From: Escherichia coli
Lineage (GTDB): Bacteria > Pseudomonadota > Gammaproteobacteria > Enterobacterales > Enterobacteriaceae
Assembly (NCBI RefSeq): GCF_029227855.1
Contig: NZ_CP074357.1
DNA: 64,000 nucleotides
Strand: one strand, 5' to 3'
Shown here: one piece after another, positions 34,075 through 44,529 of the stretch
How positions within the stretch are numbered: position 1 is the first letter of the stretch
Layout of the letters: every line of letters starts with the position of its first letter
The notes under the pieces: model-generated
What the model saw: only the letters and a program-made list of their open reading frames with translations
Told to the model about the DNA's origin: nothing
The model's database searches: none
Made by a program: the position numbers and the translations under genes

Positions 34075-34938
34075 ATGATACCTAATAGCGAAAATAAAAG
34101 AGTATGGTTTATTACCGGAGCAAGCAAGGGGCTTGGCTATGCTTTTACATGCGCCGCCTTGAAAGCCGGGGATAAAGTTGTTGCAGTTGCAAGGACTATC
34201 GATAATTTGGCGAAGCTAGAAGAAACATATCAAGAGAGCTTACTGCCATTAAACCTCGATGTTACAGATAGGGAGGCTGTTTTTTCTACGGTTGAAACAG
34301 CAGTTAAACATTTCGGTAGGCTTGATATTGTTGTTAATAATGCGGGTATCATGACTATGGGTATGATTGAAGAACTAAACGAATCCGATGCTCGGAAACT
34401 AATGGACACAAACTTTTTTGGAGCTCTTTGGGTTTGTCAGGCAGTGATGCCCTATTTGAGGTCGCAGCGTTCTGGACATATCATACAGATTACAAGCATT
34501 GGCGCTATTATCTCGGGTCCGATGTCTGGTATTTACAGTGCAAGTAAATTTGCGCTGGAAGGAATGAGTGAAGCCTTAGCAAAAGAAGCGGAACATTTCG
34601 GAGTGAAACTCACTATGGTGGAACCAGGAGGATATTGGACAGATTTATACACTTCGATGAGTTACAGCAATCCATTAGATTCATACGGTACACTGCGCGA
34701 TGAGCTGGCGAAACAGTATTCCGAAGATTCGGTCGATAGTGATCCTTCCTTGGCAGCGGAAGCCCTTATGAAATTAGTAGCCAGCAATAATCCGCCTTTG
34801 AGGCTTATCCTTGGCAGCATGGTATACGATTTGGCGATGGATACCTTAAAAGCACGGATGGCTACCTGGGAAGAATGGGAAGCTGTTAGCCGTGCATCAG
34901 AAAAGGCTATTCCTGCACCGGAGAGATATGGAGTATAA
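34075..34938 (+). CDS. short-chain dehydrogenase/reductase (SDR) family oxidoreductase
   Basis: 287 aa with TGASKGLG cofactor motif and YSASK catalytic motif. Confidence 0.8.
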   Translation: MIPNSENKRVWFITGASKGLGYAFTCAALKAGDKVVAVARTIDNLAKLEETYQESLLPLNLDVTDREAVFSTVETAVKHFGRLDIVVNNAGIMTMGMIEELNESDARKLMDTNFFGALWVCQAVMPYLRSQRSGHIIQITSIGAIISGPMSGIYSASKFALEGMSEALAKEAEHFGVKLTMVEPGGYWTDLYTSMSYSNPLDSYGTLRDELAKQYSEDSVDSDPSLAAEALMKLVASNNPPLRLILGSMVYDLAMDTLKARMATWEEWEAVSRASEKAIPAPERYGV

Positions 34939-34975
34939 TACCAAACATGGTTTTTGAGGCAAGGACGAAACTATC

Positions 34976-35221
34976 ATGAAAATTGAAATTATGGAATATA
35001 ACCCGGATTGGACAAAGAATTTTGAAGAAGAGAAAATAAAATTGCTCCATTTTTTCGGTTCTCATGCCGTAGCCATTGAACATATCGGAAGCACGGCGAT
35101 ACCCAATCAACGGGCGAAACCGGTTATAGATATATTTATTGGCGTTTCGCCTTTTGCTGAACTACCTTTTATCAGCGCATTTTTAATGCAAAGGAGTATC
35201 ACCACACTCCGACAGATATGA
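34976..35221 (+). pseudogene. GrpB-family protein, N-terminal fragment
   Basis: 81-aa ORF MKIEIMEYNPDWTKNFEEEKIKLLHFFGSHAVAIEHIGSTAIPNQRAKPVIDI.. about half normal length. Confidence 0.45.
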
Positions 35222-35689
35222 CAGGCAGATATTTGTTTGCAAAATATACAAATGAAGTTTGGACCCATAATCTTCTTGCTTTGGTGTAGGTATAATACCC
35301 AAAAACGAAGTTTATGCGGAACAGGATAACACCTCGAAATCGGAGTTTATATGGCTTCGTGGGGGAGTTATGTGTTTGAGCTTTGTCGCATTAACGCGAA
35401 TCAGGGGTTGACGGCAGAAATAGACTGGAATTACACTTCTTGGAGTCGGCGTTGCCGGAAAATTCTGATTGGATTAGTTGTTCGGGGTGCGAAAACAGTC
35501 GTAGTTCGGGGAAAAAACCGAATTTTGACCCAAAACCGCGAAAAACTCGAAATGACAGTTCCTATCAGTTTTCATAATGAATTAAAACAAAAAAATTAGG
35601 CTGCAAAGATAGGGAAAATGTGTCAATTTGCGTAAGTGATAATTAGTCAATTAAGATAAATGCTACTTTTGTAATCAAAGCAAAATGAT

Positions 35690-36481
35690 ATGAGCAAGAT
35701 TTTTGGAATCGTAAATATAACCACCGATAGTTTTTCCGATGGAGGACTTTATTTAGATACAGATAAGGCAATTGAGCATGCTCTGCATTTGGTTGAAGAT
35801 GGAGCAGATGTGATTGATTTGGGAGCCGCTTCCAGTAATCCTGATACAACTGAAGTGGGCGTTGTGGAAGAAATCAAAAGACTCAAACCTGTCATTAAGG
35901 CTTTAAAAGAAAAAGGCATTTCTATTTCTGTTGATACATTTAAACCTGAGGTTCAGAGTTTTTGCATAGAACAAAAGGTTGATTTTATTAATGATATTCA
36001 AGGTTTTCCTTATCCTGAGATTTATTCAGGCTTGGCAAAGTCAGATTGCAAACTTGTGTTGATGCACTCCGTTCAGCGAATTGGTGCAGCTACTAAAGTT
36101 GAAACGAATCCGGAAGAGGTTTTTACTTCCATGATGGAATTTTTTAAAGAAAGAATTGCTGCTTTAGTTGAGGCTGGTGTAAAGCGTGAACGAATTATTC
36201 TTGATCCGGGTATGGGCTTCTTTTTAGGCTCTAATCCAGAAACATCTATTCTTGTTTTGAAGCGTTTCCCTGAAATTCAAGAAGCTTTTAATTTGCAAGT
36301 AATGATTGCAGTGTCACGGAAATCATTCTTAGGTAAAATAACTGGAACCGATGTGAAATCTCGTTTAGCACCAACTCTTGCAGCAGAAATGTATGCATAC
36401 AAAAAAGGTGCAGATTATCTCCGCACCCATGATGTTAAGTCTTTATCAGATGCCTTGAAAATATCCAAAGCCCTAGGTTAG
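35690..36481 (+). CDS. sul3: sulfonamide-resistant dihydropteroate synthase Sul3
   Basis: 263 aa MSKIFGIVNITTDSFSDGGLYLDTDKAIEHALHLVEDGADVIDLGAASSNPDT..; AT-rich like its flanks. Confidence 0.9.
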   Translation: MSKIFGIVNITTDSFSDGGLYLDTDKAIEHALHLVEDGADVIDLGAASSNPDTTEVGVVEEIKRLKPVIKALKEKGISISVDTFKPEVQSFCIEQKVDFINDIQGFPYPEIYSGLAKSDCKLVLMHSVQRIGAATKVETNPEEVFTSMMEFFKERIAALVEAGVKRERIILDPGMGFFLGSNPETSILVLKRFPEIQEAFNLQVMIAVSRKSFLGKITGTDVKSRLAPTLAAEMYAYKKGADYLRTHDVKSLSDALKISKALG

Positions 36482-36702
36482 TTTTATTTTTTTAGCTTTC
36501 TAAATGAATATGCTATACTTGCTCTGAAGTTGTGTTGGCGTACTTGACTTAGGTCTGGATCTTTCGAACTGTTACTAAGAGGGTAATCATAGCCAAACAT
36601 AAACTGGAAATGTCCTAATTCTAAACCTGTTCCAATACCTACACTATGGTGATGCTGCCAACTTACTGATTTAGTGTATGATGGTGTTTTTGAGGTGCTC
36701 CA

Positions 36703-36978
36703 GTGGCTTCTGTTTCTATCAGCTGTCCCTCCTGTTCAGCTACTGACGGGGTGGTGCGTAACGGCAAAAGCACCGCCGGACATCAGCGCTATCTCTGCTC
36801 TCACTGCCGTAAAACATGGCAACTGCAGTTCACTTACACCGCTTCTCAACCCGGTACGCACCAGAAAATCATTGATATGGCCATGAATGGCGTTGGATGC
36901 CGGGCAACCGCCCGCATTATGGGCGTTGGCCTCAACACGATTTTCCGCCATTTAAAAAACTCAGGCCGCAGTCGGTAA
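36703..36978 (+). CDS. insA: IS1 InsA
   Basis: 91 aa [43 protein letters not shown].. Confidence 0.9.
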   Translation: MASVSISCPSCSATDGVVRNGKSTAGHQRYLCSHCRKTWQLQFTYTASQPGTHQKIIDMAMNGVGCRATARIMGVGLNTIFRHLKNSGRSR

Positions 36979-37400
36979 CCTCGCGCATACAGCCGGGCAG
37001 TGACGTCATCGTCTGCGCGGAAATGGACGAACAGTGGGGATACGTCGGGGCTAAATCGCGCCAGCGCTGGCTGTTTTACGCGTATGACAGGCTCCGGAAG
37101 ACGGTTGTTGCGCACGTATTCGGTGAACGCACTATGGCGACGCTGGGGCGTCTTATGAGCCTGCTGTCACCCTTTGACGTGGTGATATGGATGACGGATG
37201 GCTGGCCGCTGTATGAATCCCGCCTGAAGGGAAAGCTGCACGTAATCAGCAAGCGATATACGCAGCGAATTGAGCGGCATAACCTGAATCTGAGGCAGCA
37301 CCTGGCACGGCTGGGACGGAAGTCGCTGTCGTTCTCAAAATCGGTGGAGCTGCATGACAAAGTCATCGGGCATTATCTGAACATAAAACACTATCAATAA
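36897..37400 (+). CDS. insB: IS1 InsB frame (expressed as InsAB' by frameshift)
   Basis: 167-aa ORF overlapping insA in the -1 frame. Confidence 0.85.
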   Translation: MPGNRPHYGRWPQHDFPPFKKLRPQSVTSRIQPGSDVIVCAEMDEQWGYVGAKSRQRWLFYAYDRLRKTVVAHVFGERTMATLGRLMSLLSPFDVVIWMTDGWPLYESRLKGKLHVISKRYTQRIERHNLNLRQHLARLGRKSLSFSKSVELHDKVIGHYLNIKHYQ

Positions 37401-37443
37401 GTTGGAGTCATTACCGGAGAATTGTATCATTAACAGTCTAGTT

Positions 37444-38109
37444 CTAACGACTACCACTTTTAAGTATGTATTGAGCCAGTTTTATATTCAGGCACACCAT
37501 ATTGCACTCTAGCTCTTTCATCATTCTTGAAGAACTCTTAATTAAGTATTCTTCAAGTGGGCCAGCATATGCCCCTGATGTCACGATCGTTAGTTGCGTA
37601 AGAGGATGAGTCAAACTCTCAATGCCCTTCAGGATGTCATTCTGGACAGCAGCAATATAAACAGGCGAAGCCGCAATCAAATATTCATCATTCGGGCTGG
37701 ACTGCATTAACTGGCTTATAGTTGCGCAACGGTTATGCTTACCTAGTGATTTTGTGATGGCTTTCCACCAGAGATCATGCCTGAATGGTACTTGATGAAA
37801 TGTCGCCTCGTAAGAGGGCACCCGATCTCGACTATTTAAAAACCCCATCCCGGCAGAGATTATCCACAACTCCAGATTTCTGGTTGAGTTTAAAATTTCC
37901 TTTGCCGTAGACCAGTGATTACCTGAATACAAGGACAATGCCGGTACCGCCTGATTACTTCTGGCGTCGTCTACAATGTTACTCCAGGCATATGCTGCGT
38001 CGTCCGGGGTTTGTTTTGGATCTATGTCCAATGTCGGCCAGACGTGGCCCTGATGATTCTTGCCCTTTGTACAGGAAGTGATTAAGTGTACTGAGCGTTC
38101 AGAGAACAT
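37444..38109 (-). CDS. hypothetical protein (221 aa)
   Basis: ORF track; second gene of a two-gene minus-strand unit; no motif recognised. Confidence 0.5.
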   Translation of the reverse strand: MFSERSVHLITSCTKGKNHQGHVWPTLDIDPKQTPDDAAYAWSNIVDDARSNQAVPALSLYSGNHWSTAKEILNSTRNLELWIISAGMGFLNSRDRVPSYEATFHQVPFRHDLWWKAITKSLGKHNRCATISQLMQSSPNDEYLIAASPVYIAAVQNDILKGIESLTHPLTQLTIVTSGAYAGPLEEYLIKSSSRMMKELECNMVCLNIKLAQYILKSGSR

Positions 38110-38166
38110 TATCTTCCTTACATACCCATAGAACAGCTTTCTAAGAACGGTGGGCTCGCCTGAAAA

Positions 38167-38547
38167 TTACAAATCAGCCCCTTTCACGGCATCATTTTGA
38201 TTCTTCGCGTCTGCCCCCAGTAAGATGACCGGTTTTCTGCATGACAGTGTTATTCCTAACAAACGCAACACAAAACCACGCCAGCCAGAGCAAATTTTTT
38301 CATTTGCTGCGTAAAGCCTATTGTTTTCTCTTTTAAGCTTCGCCCACTCGTTACAGAGGGTAACATCATCAAGCGCTGTTATATGCTTCGCCTCACCTTC
38401 GACGATAACGGTATGGATACCGTATGCTGTAAATCTCATACTATTTTCCAGAACCCAGTTGCGGTATTCGTCGAGTCCACCTTCGGAACCGGTAGCTCTG
38501 CGCCACATTTCAATTTGCTTGTGTGATGGGTCAAGTGTACTTGTCAT
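38167..38547 (-). CDS. hypothetical protein (126 aa)
   Basis: ORF track; first gene of the same unit, reading away from the 630-bp IR-rich intergenic region. Confidence 0.5.
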   Translation of the reverse strand: MTSTLDPSHKQIEMWRRATGSEGGLDEYRNWVLENSMRFTAYGIHTVIVEGEAKHITALDDVTLCNEWAKLKRENNRLYAANEKICSGWRGFVLRLLGITLSCRKPVILLGADAKNQNDAVKGADL

Positions 38548-39177
38548 TGAAGCCTCGTCTCAGCGATAACGCTTGAAATAGCCCGCTTTGGTCATCATGA
38601 AATTAGCCATCTGACTGGCGATTTGATTGTATCTTACTCATAGTGCCCTACCTATAGGTTAAAAAGGGGCATTTTCGCTTTATAGCGTGTTCAGCAGCAT
38701 CAATCCTCCCAAGAAAGGCTGGCTTATTAAGCCGGTCCATCATTTTCTGTATATCTCTCATCAATTTTTATATCCGCCCTGGAGTGCACCGTTCAAGCAC
38801 ACCGATTAGGCAGATAGTCACTAGTTAACTCTTTACTAGTGACTAAATTCCATTGATATACGTGACAACGTCACGTCATGAAAGCTTATAAATGCCTATT
38901 TTTCATACAATGGGATTTAATTAGGAGTAAATCCCATAGGCTTACATAAGGATGACAATTAAAAGCGTTAAATATCAACCAGATAGAATGATTACCCCCA
39001 ATTAATGGGCTCATCACATTATTTCACTGGCTGGGGTTATTGCTGGCATATCTGAAAGTGCTAATATGTTAGTCATTAGTAATTAGTAAAGCCTTTACTA
39101 AACGCGTTTCTACGTAAATTCTATAGGTTTTATAGTGTCCTACCTTTGCTCAAATCAAAATGTTCTGACATACCAAA

Positions 39178-40008
39178 ATGGAGTGTAAAATGACTCAAAA
39201 CCAGGGTTCTGAGCCAGTACCGGCGAGCCGGACAGGGCAGCTCATCAGCGCCCGGGATATGGCCATGCAGAAATTCGAAGAAGGGATGCGGTTAATCTCG
39301 GAAGCGTCGGAACTGTGCGGTCTCTCTCTCTTCACCAGCAGAATTATGCAGCCCAACGCATTTGGTCTTCCGTCGTCACTGGATCGCACCATCGAGGAGG
39401 GGCGTAAGGAAATTGACCGTAAAACGTGGAAAAGGCTCTTTGAAGAAACAGGTATGGACCGGTACTGGAACCATAAGCAAAAAGAAGCCTTTAACGAATC
39501 CCTTCGTACGGATCCGCCCGTCGCTTCCCTGGAGATTGTTAAGGGAACATTACAGCATGCACTGGCTAACAGACGAGACACCCTTGCAGAAGGTTTCGTT
39601 GATGTTCTCAACAAGCTTGACCGAAGTTTCAAAAGCAATGCCAGGCAATATACAATGCCAAAAAAGCTTGTTCTTCGGGGGATTTTTCCTGGTGTGAACG
39701 TGCTGAGGTACAACGGTTTCTCGCAGGACAATCACTTTTGTTTACGCGACTTTGAGAATATTGTATGCATCTGTTCTGATACTCCAACACCTGCAACCGG
39801 CGGTGGGCTGAGTATGGTCGACAGGCTGACGGCCATGAGAAATACAGAATTCACAGGCGAGGTCAGTGATGAGAATGGCTGGCGGTGTCGCCTGTTTGAG
39901 AATGGAAACGTTCATATTTGCATCGACAGTATCTCGCTTCTGAATGCTCTGAACGATCTTATCAGCATATATTTTGCAAACCAGCTTCCGGCCGCAGGAA
40001 AAAAATGA
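39178..40008 (+). CDS. hypothetical protein (276 aa)
   Basis: ORF track; stop overlaps start of the downstream coiled-coil gene (ATGATG at 40005). Confidence 0.6.
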   Translation: MECKMTQNQGSEPVPASRTGQLISARDMAMQKFEEGMRLISEASELCGLSLFTSRIMQPNAFGLPSSLDRTIEEGRKEIDRKTWKRLFEETGMDRYWNHKQKEAFNESLRTDPPVASLEIVKGTLQHALANRRDTLAEGFVDVLNKLDRSFKSNARQYTMPKKLVLRGIFPGVNVLRYNGFSQDNHFCLRDFENIVCICSDTPTPATGGGLSMVDRLTAMRNTEFTGEVSDENGWRCRLFENGNVHICIDSISLLNALNDLISIYFANQLPAAGKK

Positions 40009-41210
40009 TGATTGAAAATGATAAAGAAAAAAGCCTGAACGATGCTACCCCGCCAGAGGTGCAGAATGACATCCGCAGCGAATCCACTGAAAAATCAAAG
40101 GAAATGGGTCGTTCAAGGTACTCATCTATCGCGATGATCGATTACTTCAATGCAATCGAACGTCTGTGCAAAGAGAAAGAAATTAACCCGGAAAATATCG
40201 ATCTGAGCTTCAAAGTTCACTGGCTCAGAAACGCTGTTGGCGGCTCGTTTGCAAGGTCACAGGAGATGTTCGCGGAGTACCAGAAGTATGTTAAAGAGGT
40301 TCCTGAAGAGGCCCGTTACCTGGATATACCCGATGAGGTAAAGGTTGCACTCGGCGATATTATCTCGTACATCACCTGGCACTACCGTAGAAGCTATACC
40401 GCAATACAGAATGATAGTGTTAAAAAAGCTGAAGCACGTAGCATGCAGCTGGAGGAGGAGGTAACGCAGCTGTTACAGCGGCTTGAGCAAAGCGCTACCG
40501 ATATGGATGAGCTGAAACTTGAGAATCAGGCACTACAGGGTCGATTAGAGATCCGGGACAGTACCGTCAAGGAGTTAGAAACAAGGCTGAATGTTGCCGA
40601 AGCAGAACTCGAAACCTGCCATCACCAGTTAGATAGCACACGGCATGAATTGAGCCTCGCACAGCAGTCAAATGACTCACTCTCCCAGCAACTGGCTGAA
40701 CGTAAAACAGAGATCGCTGGTCACCTTGAATATCAAAAAAAGCTGAACGAAGAGATCAACACGCAGCGTTCTGATAACGCCGGTCTTTCCAGACAATGCG
40801 ACCAGTTAAGTCAGACTGTGTCAGATACAAAGGCAGAGAGGGACAGGTTTGAACAGGAATTGATTGCTGCACAGAACCTTTGTACTGAGCTGAAAAGTGC
40901 ACTGTCCGGGAAAGAGGGTGACCTGGTGGCGGTGAATGCCGAGCTTACTGAACTCCATAAACTAAACGAGTCGCTGAGCGCCGACCTGAATAAAGTAACT
41001 TTGGTCAGCCAGGGCTATGAAGCGGAAGTGGCTGAACAAAGCAATGAACTCAAAACGCTCCAGGCCAAAGTAATGAAGCTGGAAGCTACCCTGGAGGCGG
41101 AGAAAACAATCTCAGAATCCCTAAAAGGCACCATTGATACATTAACTGGTGCAATGGCAGGGGGAGGTACTGGAAAGTCAAAACAGCCGCGTAGCAGAAA
41201 AACATCATGA
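40005..41210 (+). CDS. coiled-coil protein, KfrA-like architecture
   Basis: ~401 aa from MMIENDKEKS; long heptad-like Q/E/L-rich segment ..LEEEVTQLLQRLEQSATDMDELKLENQALQGRLEIRDSTVKELETRLNVAEAELE..; start uncertain. Confidence 0.55.
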   Translation: MMIENDKEKSLNDATPPEVQNDIRSESTEKSKEMGRSRYSSIAMIDYFNAIERLCKEKEINPENIDLSFKVHWLRNAVGGSFARSQEMFAEYQKYVKEVPEEARYLDIPDEVKVALGDIISYITWHYRRSYTAIQNDSVKKAEARSMQLEEEVTQLLQRLEQSATDMDELKLENQALQGRLEIRDSTVKELETRLNVAEAELETCHHQLDSTRHELSLAQQSNDSLSQQLAERKTEIAGHLEYQKKLNEEINTQRSDNAGLSRQCDQLSQTVSDTKAERDRFEQELIAAQNLCTELKSALSGKEGDLVAVNAELTELHKLNESLSADLNKVTLVSQGYEAEVAEQSNELKTLQAKVMKLEATLEAEKTISESLKGTIDTLTGAMAGGGTGKSKQPRSRKTS

Positions 41211-41273
41211 TAAATGAAGCCAGGTTGATACACTTCTCTGCATCCCCTGGCACATAAGAACTTCTGCGGACAT

Positions 41274-41477
41274 TCAGCCCGTCCGCAGGAGTTTTCGTCC
41301 TTCAGTCAACAAATGCACTACCTTTTTTGAGTCTCCACTTTCCAGAGCAGAAAACACGTTACCGATTCTACCAACAGCTTGTATCTGAGTGATAACCCCA
41401 GTCTTGTAATCATCTAGGATCCCTGACAGGAAAGCGTTCAGTTTTGTCTGTTCGCTTAGCGAAAGCATGTAGGACAT
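41274..41477 (-). CDS. hypothetical small protein (67 aa)
   Basis: ORF track; immediately downstream of the 439-aa gene in the same orientation. Confidence 0.4.
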   Translation of the reverse strand: MSYMLSLSEQTKLNAFLSGILDDYKTGVITQIQAVGRIGNVFSALESGDSKKVVHLLTEGRKLLRTG

Positions 41478-41489
41478 TTTTTCTCCATT

Positions 41490-42809
41490 TTAAGCAGGTG
41501 TGTCAGTTGAAAGAGGTTTGCGTGATTCTGGAAAATGAGGCAGCACCATAGTTTCAGATGCTGTGGTCGCATCCCAGTGCCACCATCCATAAGGCCCATA
41601 TTCACGGTTGTAATAATCTTTTTTGAGTTGCTTTCGGGCCAGATAAGCAGGAGTGGCCATACCAAATACTTCCATCGGGAACGGCTTATCGCTTTTTGTG
41701 TCGAGCAGGTAGAAGTCAGGGAACACCTCACTAATACTCGCATCATAACGCATGGGCTTAACGTACTGCCGGTGCTCTGCATCCAGCTTTTCTGCAACAA
41801 CCGCCTCATAGGAGGAGTCCAGAGGTATCCAGTTCTCGCTAACGTGCATCAGCACAATTTGATGAGCTCTTACAGAAGGGCCTCTGCCGGTTACCGCAGC
41901 TGGTGACGTCAACGCAAAGACAACTATTTTCGCCCCGGATTTCCATGCTGCGTACTCCGATGAAAATCGTTTCTTTACGCTATCCCAATGGACTTCTGAA
42001 TTGAAAAAAATCAGCGGTAGCCCCCCAAAATTCCGCAGGGGTAAAAATTTAAGTGGCTTCTCATGCTTTTCAGCATCGTAGCGAGGTAAAACTGACAGGA
42101 GCATGAGACGTTTATCACTCATCGCCTGTGATGAAAGACGCTGAATTTGCGACTGAGCGACAGGTTGTTTCGGGTCAGGTACACCAATGAATAAATGGTC
42201 ACCTATGCAGGCTCTGCCGGTACGAATTTGTTTAGCGGTTTCAAGCAGACGATACCGTACCAGTGAATCGTTACGTTTCCCTGCCATTTTCGGGTACCAG
42301 ACATTCAGACCAGACTCTGTCCACAAAAGACTAAGCAAGCCCAGGAGGGTCATTGAGGCCTGACCTCCTTCTGGTCGCTGAACATGGGGCAGGGGAGGCA
42401 CTTCTGATTTTTCAGGAGGATCTTTCTCTGTCATACCGATACCGAGCCTTACAGCCATATCACCTTCGGTTGTAATCCGGACCACACCACTCGCATATCC
42501 TTTCAGGCCGGTATGCCGGGCATCAAGGGAGAAGAATACACAGGAAGGATCATGCTCAATGCCCGTGTTAGCGGCTTTGACGAGAATAAAGGCATCACCG
42601 TTCGGTAAAGCACGAACATAAAGTCGCTTTTCTCCTTTTCCACGACATCCGCAGGTGATGACTGATTTTTGACCTGAGGTGTGGTGTGCCTTTTTAAGAG
42701 CCGACTGCCACCCTTTAGCAAACTCATCCTGCGTTTGAAAGTCAGGTGAATACCTTTTGACGTTTGGATCGTCGTCGTAAGCAATCATCACTGCGAATTT
42801 TTGGCTCAT
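41490..42809 (-). CDS. hypothetical protein (439 aa), partner of the Dcm-like methyltransferase
   Basis: ORF with AGGAGA ribosome-binding site 6 nt upstream; no catalytic motif assignable by eye. Confidence 0.65.
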   Translation of the reverse strand: MSQKFAVMIAYDDDPNVKRYSPDFQTQDEFAKGWQSALKKAHHTSGQKSVITCGCRGKGEKRLYVRALPNGDAFILVKAANTGIEHDPSCVFFSLDARHTGLKGYASGVVRITTEGDMAVRLGIGMTEKDPPEKSEVPPLPHVQRPEGGQASMTLLGLLSLLWTESGLNVWYPKMAGKRNDSLVRYRLLETAKQIRTGRACIGDHLFIGVPDPKQPVAQSQIQRLSSQAMSDKRLMLLSVLPRYDAEKHEKPLKFLPLRNFGGLPLIFFNSEVHWDSVKKRFSSEYAAWKSGAKIVVFALTSPAAVTGRGPSVRAHQIVLMHVSENWIPLDSSYEAVVAEKLDAEHRQYVKPMRYDASISEVFPDFYLLDTKSDKPFPMEVFGMATPAYLARKQLKKDYYNREYGPYGWWHWDATTASETMVLPHFPESRKPLSTDTPA

Positions 42810-42831
42810 AGTAGTCTCCTAAACAGGAAGT

Positions 42832-42999
42832 TTAATATCCCAACCAGAGCAACACTTCCTGAGCGTCATACTGTTCCTTTACGCCCATGTCGCTAAAGAA
42901 TTCTTCGAAATCTGTTTCGGGAACGCAATGCCTGGACAGTTCTTGTAATGCTCGTTCTTTAGATACCGTCTCACCTTCAGCTGATTCGAAATACGTCAT
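42832..42999 (-). CDS. hypothetical small acidic protein (55 aa)
   Basis: Hand-translated: MTYFESAEGETVSKERALQELSRHCVPETDFEEFF..; below ORF-track size cutoff; sits between methyltransferase and 439-aa gene. Confidence 0.3.
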   Translation of the reverse strand: MTYFESAEGETVSKERALQELSRHCVPETDFEEFFSDMGVKEQYDAQEVLLWLGY

Positions 43000-43059
43000 G
43001 GTTGACCTCTGACATTATTACAACAATCTTAAGCATTTAAATTGATGAAGGAGCTCAGG

Positions 43060-44529
43060 TCAGCTGACTTCGTCGTAAAACTGCCGCAAGCGCTGGGAGG
43101 CTGCAAATTCAATTCGTGACTTCAGCAGTTTGGCGACGGCCGCAAAGACATCAACGACCACGGAGTTCCCAAACTGTCTGTAAGCCTGTGTATTGGACAC
43201 AGGGATACGGAAAACACTTTCCCCGGGTTTATCGAAGCCCATTAGCCTGCTGCATTCACGTGGCGTTAGCATGCGTGGCCGACGGTCCATGTTGTATGTG
43301 TTATGGAAATCAGTTTCTCCCAGTTCATGAGACCAGCCCCGATCAATAAGAATTTCAGATCCGTCTTTCATATAGCGGCTTGAGAGGGTTCTGGTGACAC
43401 TATTAACATTGGAAGGATCTACTAGTCCAAAACCAAAACCATTGCCTTTTGCCGCATGTTTCTTTGCATAGTTGTATAAGTACTCCCAGAGTTTAGGGGA
43501 GAGGATGTATTTACTATCTACGCTCGGATCCAGTAAATCTGAGAGAGAAGGGCGCTTGTCCGGATAAAAGTCTTTAATGTCTCTCAGAGTAAAACCGTCT
43601 TTCAGACGTAGGTCGCGGCGAAAACCAATAAGGACGATACGTTCACGGTGCTGGGGTCGGAAATGACGGCCATCGATGACTTTAGGATCATCCGCGCCCG
43701 TGCTTTCGCTGTTTGCGACGTCGTAGCCAAGCTCATCGAGCGTTTTCATGATGATGTTAAAGGTATTACCCTTATCGTGACTCTTCAGATTTTTTACGTT
43801 TTCCAGAACAAAAATTGCAGGTTGTTTTGCCCGGATGATCCTGGCCACATCAAAGAAGAGCGTACCCTGAGTGTCGCACTCGAAACCGTGTTTGCGACCC
43901 ATAGAGTTCTTTTTACTGACACCGGCGATGCTGAATGGCTGGCATGGAAATCCCGCAAGAAGAACATCATGATCCGGGATAGAGGCATCGATAAATTTGT
44001 ATGCCTCGTCATCAGTAACCTCGGGCCGGTTGCTAAGAGTGATGTCACGGATGTCTGAATTGAAGCGGTGCTCGTTCTCATCGCAATACCAGTTCGCCCG
44101 GTAAGTACGGCTGGAATAAGTATTCCATTCGCTCGTGAAAAGACATTTACCACCGATGGCATCAAATCCGCTTCGCAGTCCACCTATCCCTGCAAACAGA
44201 TCGATAAAGCTAAAGTGCCTGTCCTCATAATCAGCAGGTCGTGAAGGTATTAAAGTCTGTAGATAGCGTCCATCTGCGATACTCAGCTCACAATGCTCAG
44301 GTATGCATGTAACCTGACGTTTAAGGGATGCACGGGACCAATTACTGCCATTTTCATCATTTAATACCTGAGCCAGATATTTCAGGTCATAAATGGTCGA
44401 AGCTGTTAACAAAGTTTTGTGGATCAGAGATGGTGTTTTATCCACATCATTCAGGTCTGTCTCAAGATCATGAGTGTAACGTTTCATCCAAACTCTCTCA
44501 GGAATAATATCTTTGAGATAGATTAACAC
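43060..44529 (-). CDS. DNA cytosine-5 methyltransferase, Dcm / M.EcoRII family
   Basis: 489 aa; motif [11 protein letters not shown], motif [10 protein letters not shown], motif [17 protein letters not shown]; colinear with E. coli Dcm by eye. Confidence 0.9.
   Translation of the reverse strand: MLIYLKDIIPERVWMKRYTHDLETDLNDVDKTPSLIHKTLLTASTIYDLKYLAQVLNDENGSNWSRASLKRQVTCIPEHCELSIADGRYLQTLIPSRPADYEDRHFSFIDLFAGIGGLRSGFDAIGGKCLFTSEWNTYSSRTYRANWYCDENEHRFNSDIRDITLSNRPEVTDDEAYKFIDASIPDHDVLLAGFPCQPFSIAGVSKKNSMGRKHGFECDTQGTLFFDVARIIRAKQPAIFVLENVKNLKSHDKGNTFNIIMKTLDELGYDVANSESTGADDPKVIDGRHFRPQHRERIVLIGFRRDLRLKDGFTLRDIKDFYPDKRPSLSDLLDPSVDSKYILSPKLWEYLYNYAKKHAAKGNGFGFGLVDPSNVNSVTRTLSSRYMKDGSEILIDRGWSHELGETDFHNTYNMDRRPRMLTPRECSRLMGFDKPGESVFRIPVSNTQAYRQFGNSVVVDVFAAVAKLLKSRIEFAASQRLRQFYDEVS

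Larger units (their letters stand above)
36648..37415 (+). mobile_element. IS1 (768 bp)
   Basis: Termini GGTGATGCTGCCAACTTACTGAT.. and ..GTTGGAGTCATTACC; no 9-bp target duplication. Confidence 0.9.

Noticed and set aside
35351-35599. 82-aa ORF upstream of sul3
   Set aside because: No motif or ribosome-binding site identified and the region is AT-rich non-coding-like; left unannotated rather than asserted.
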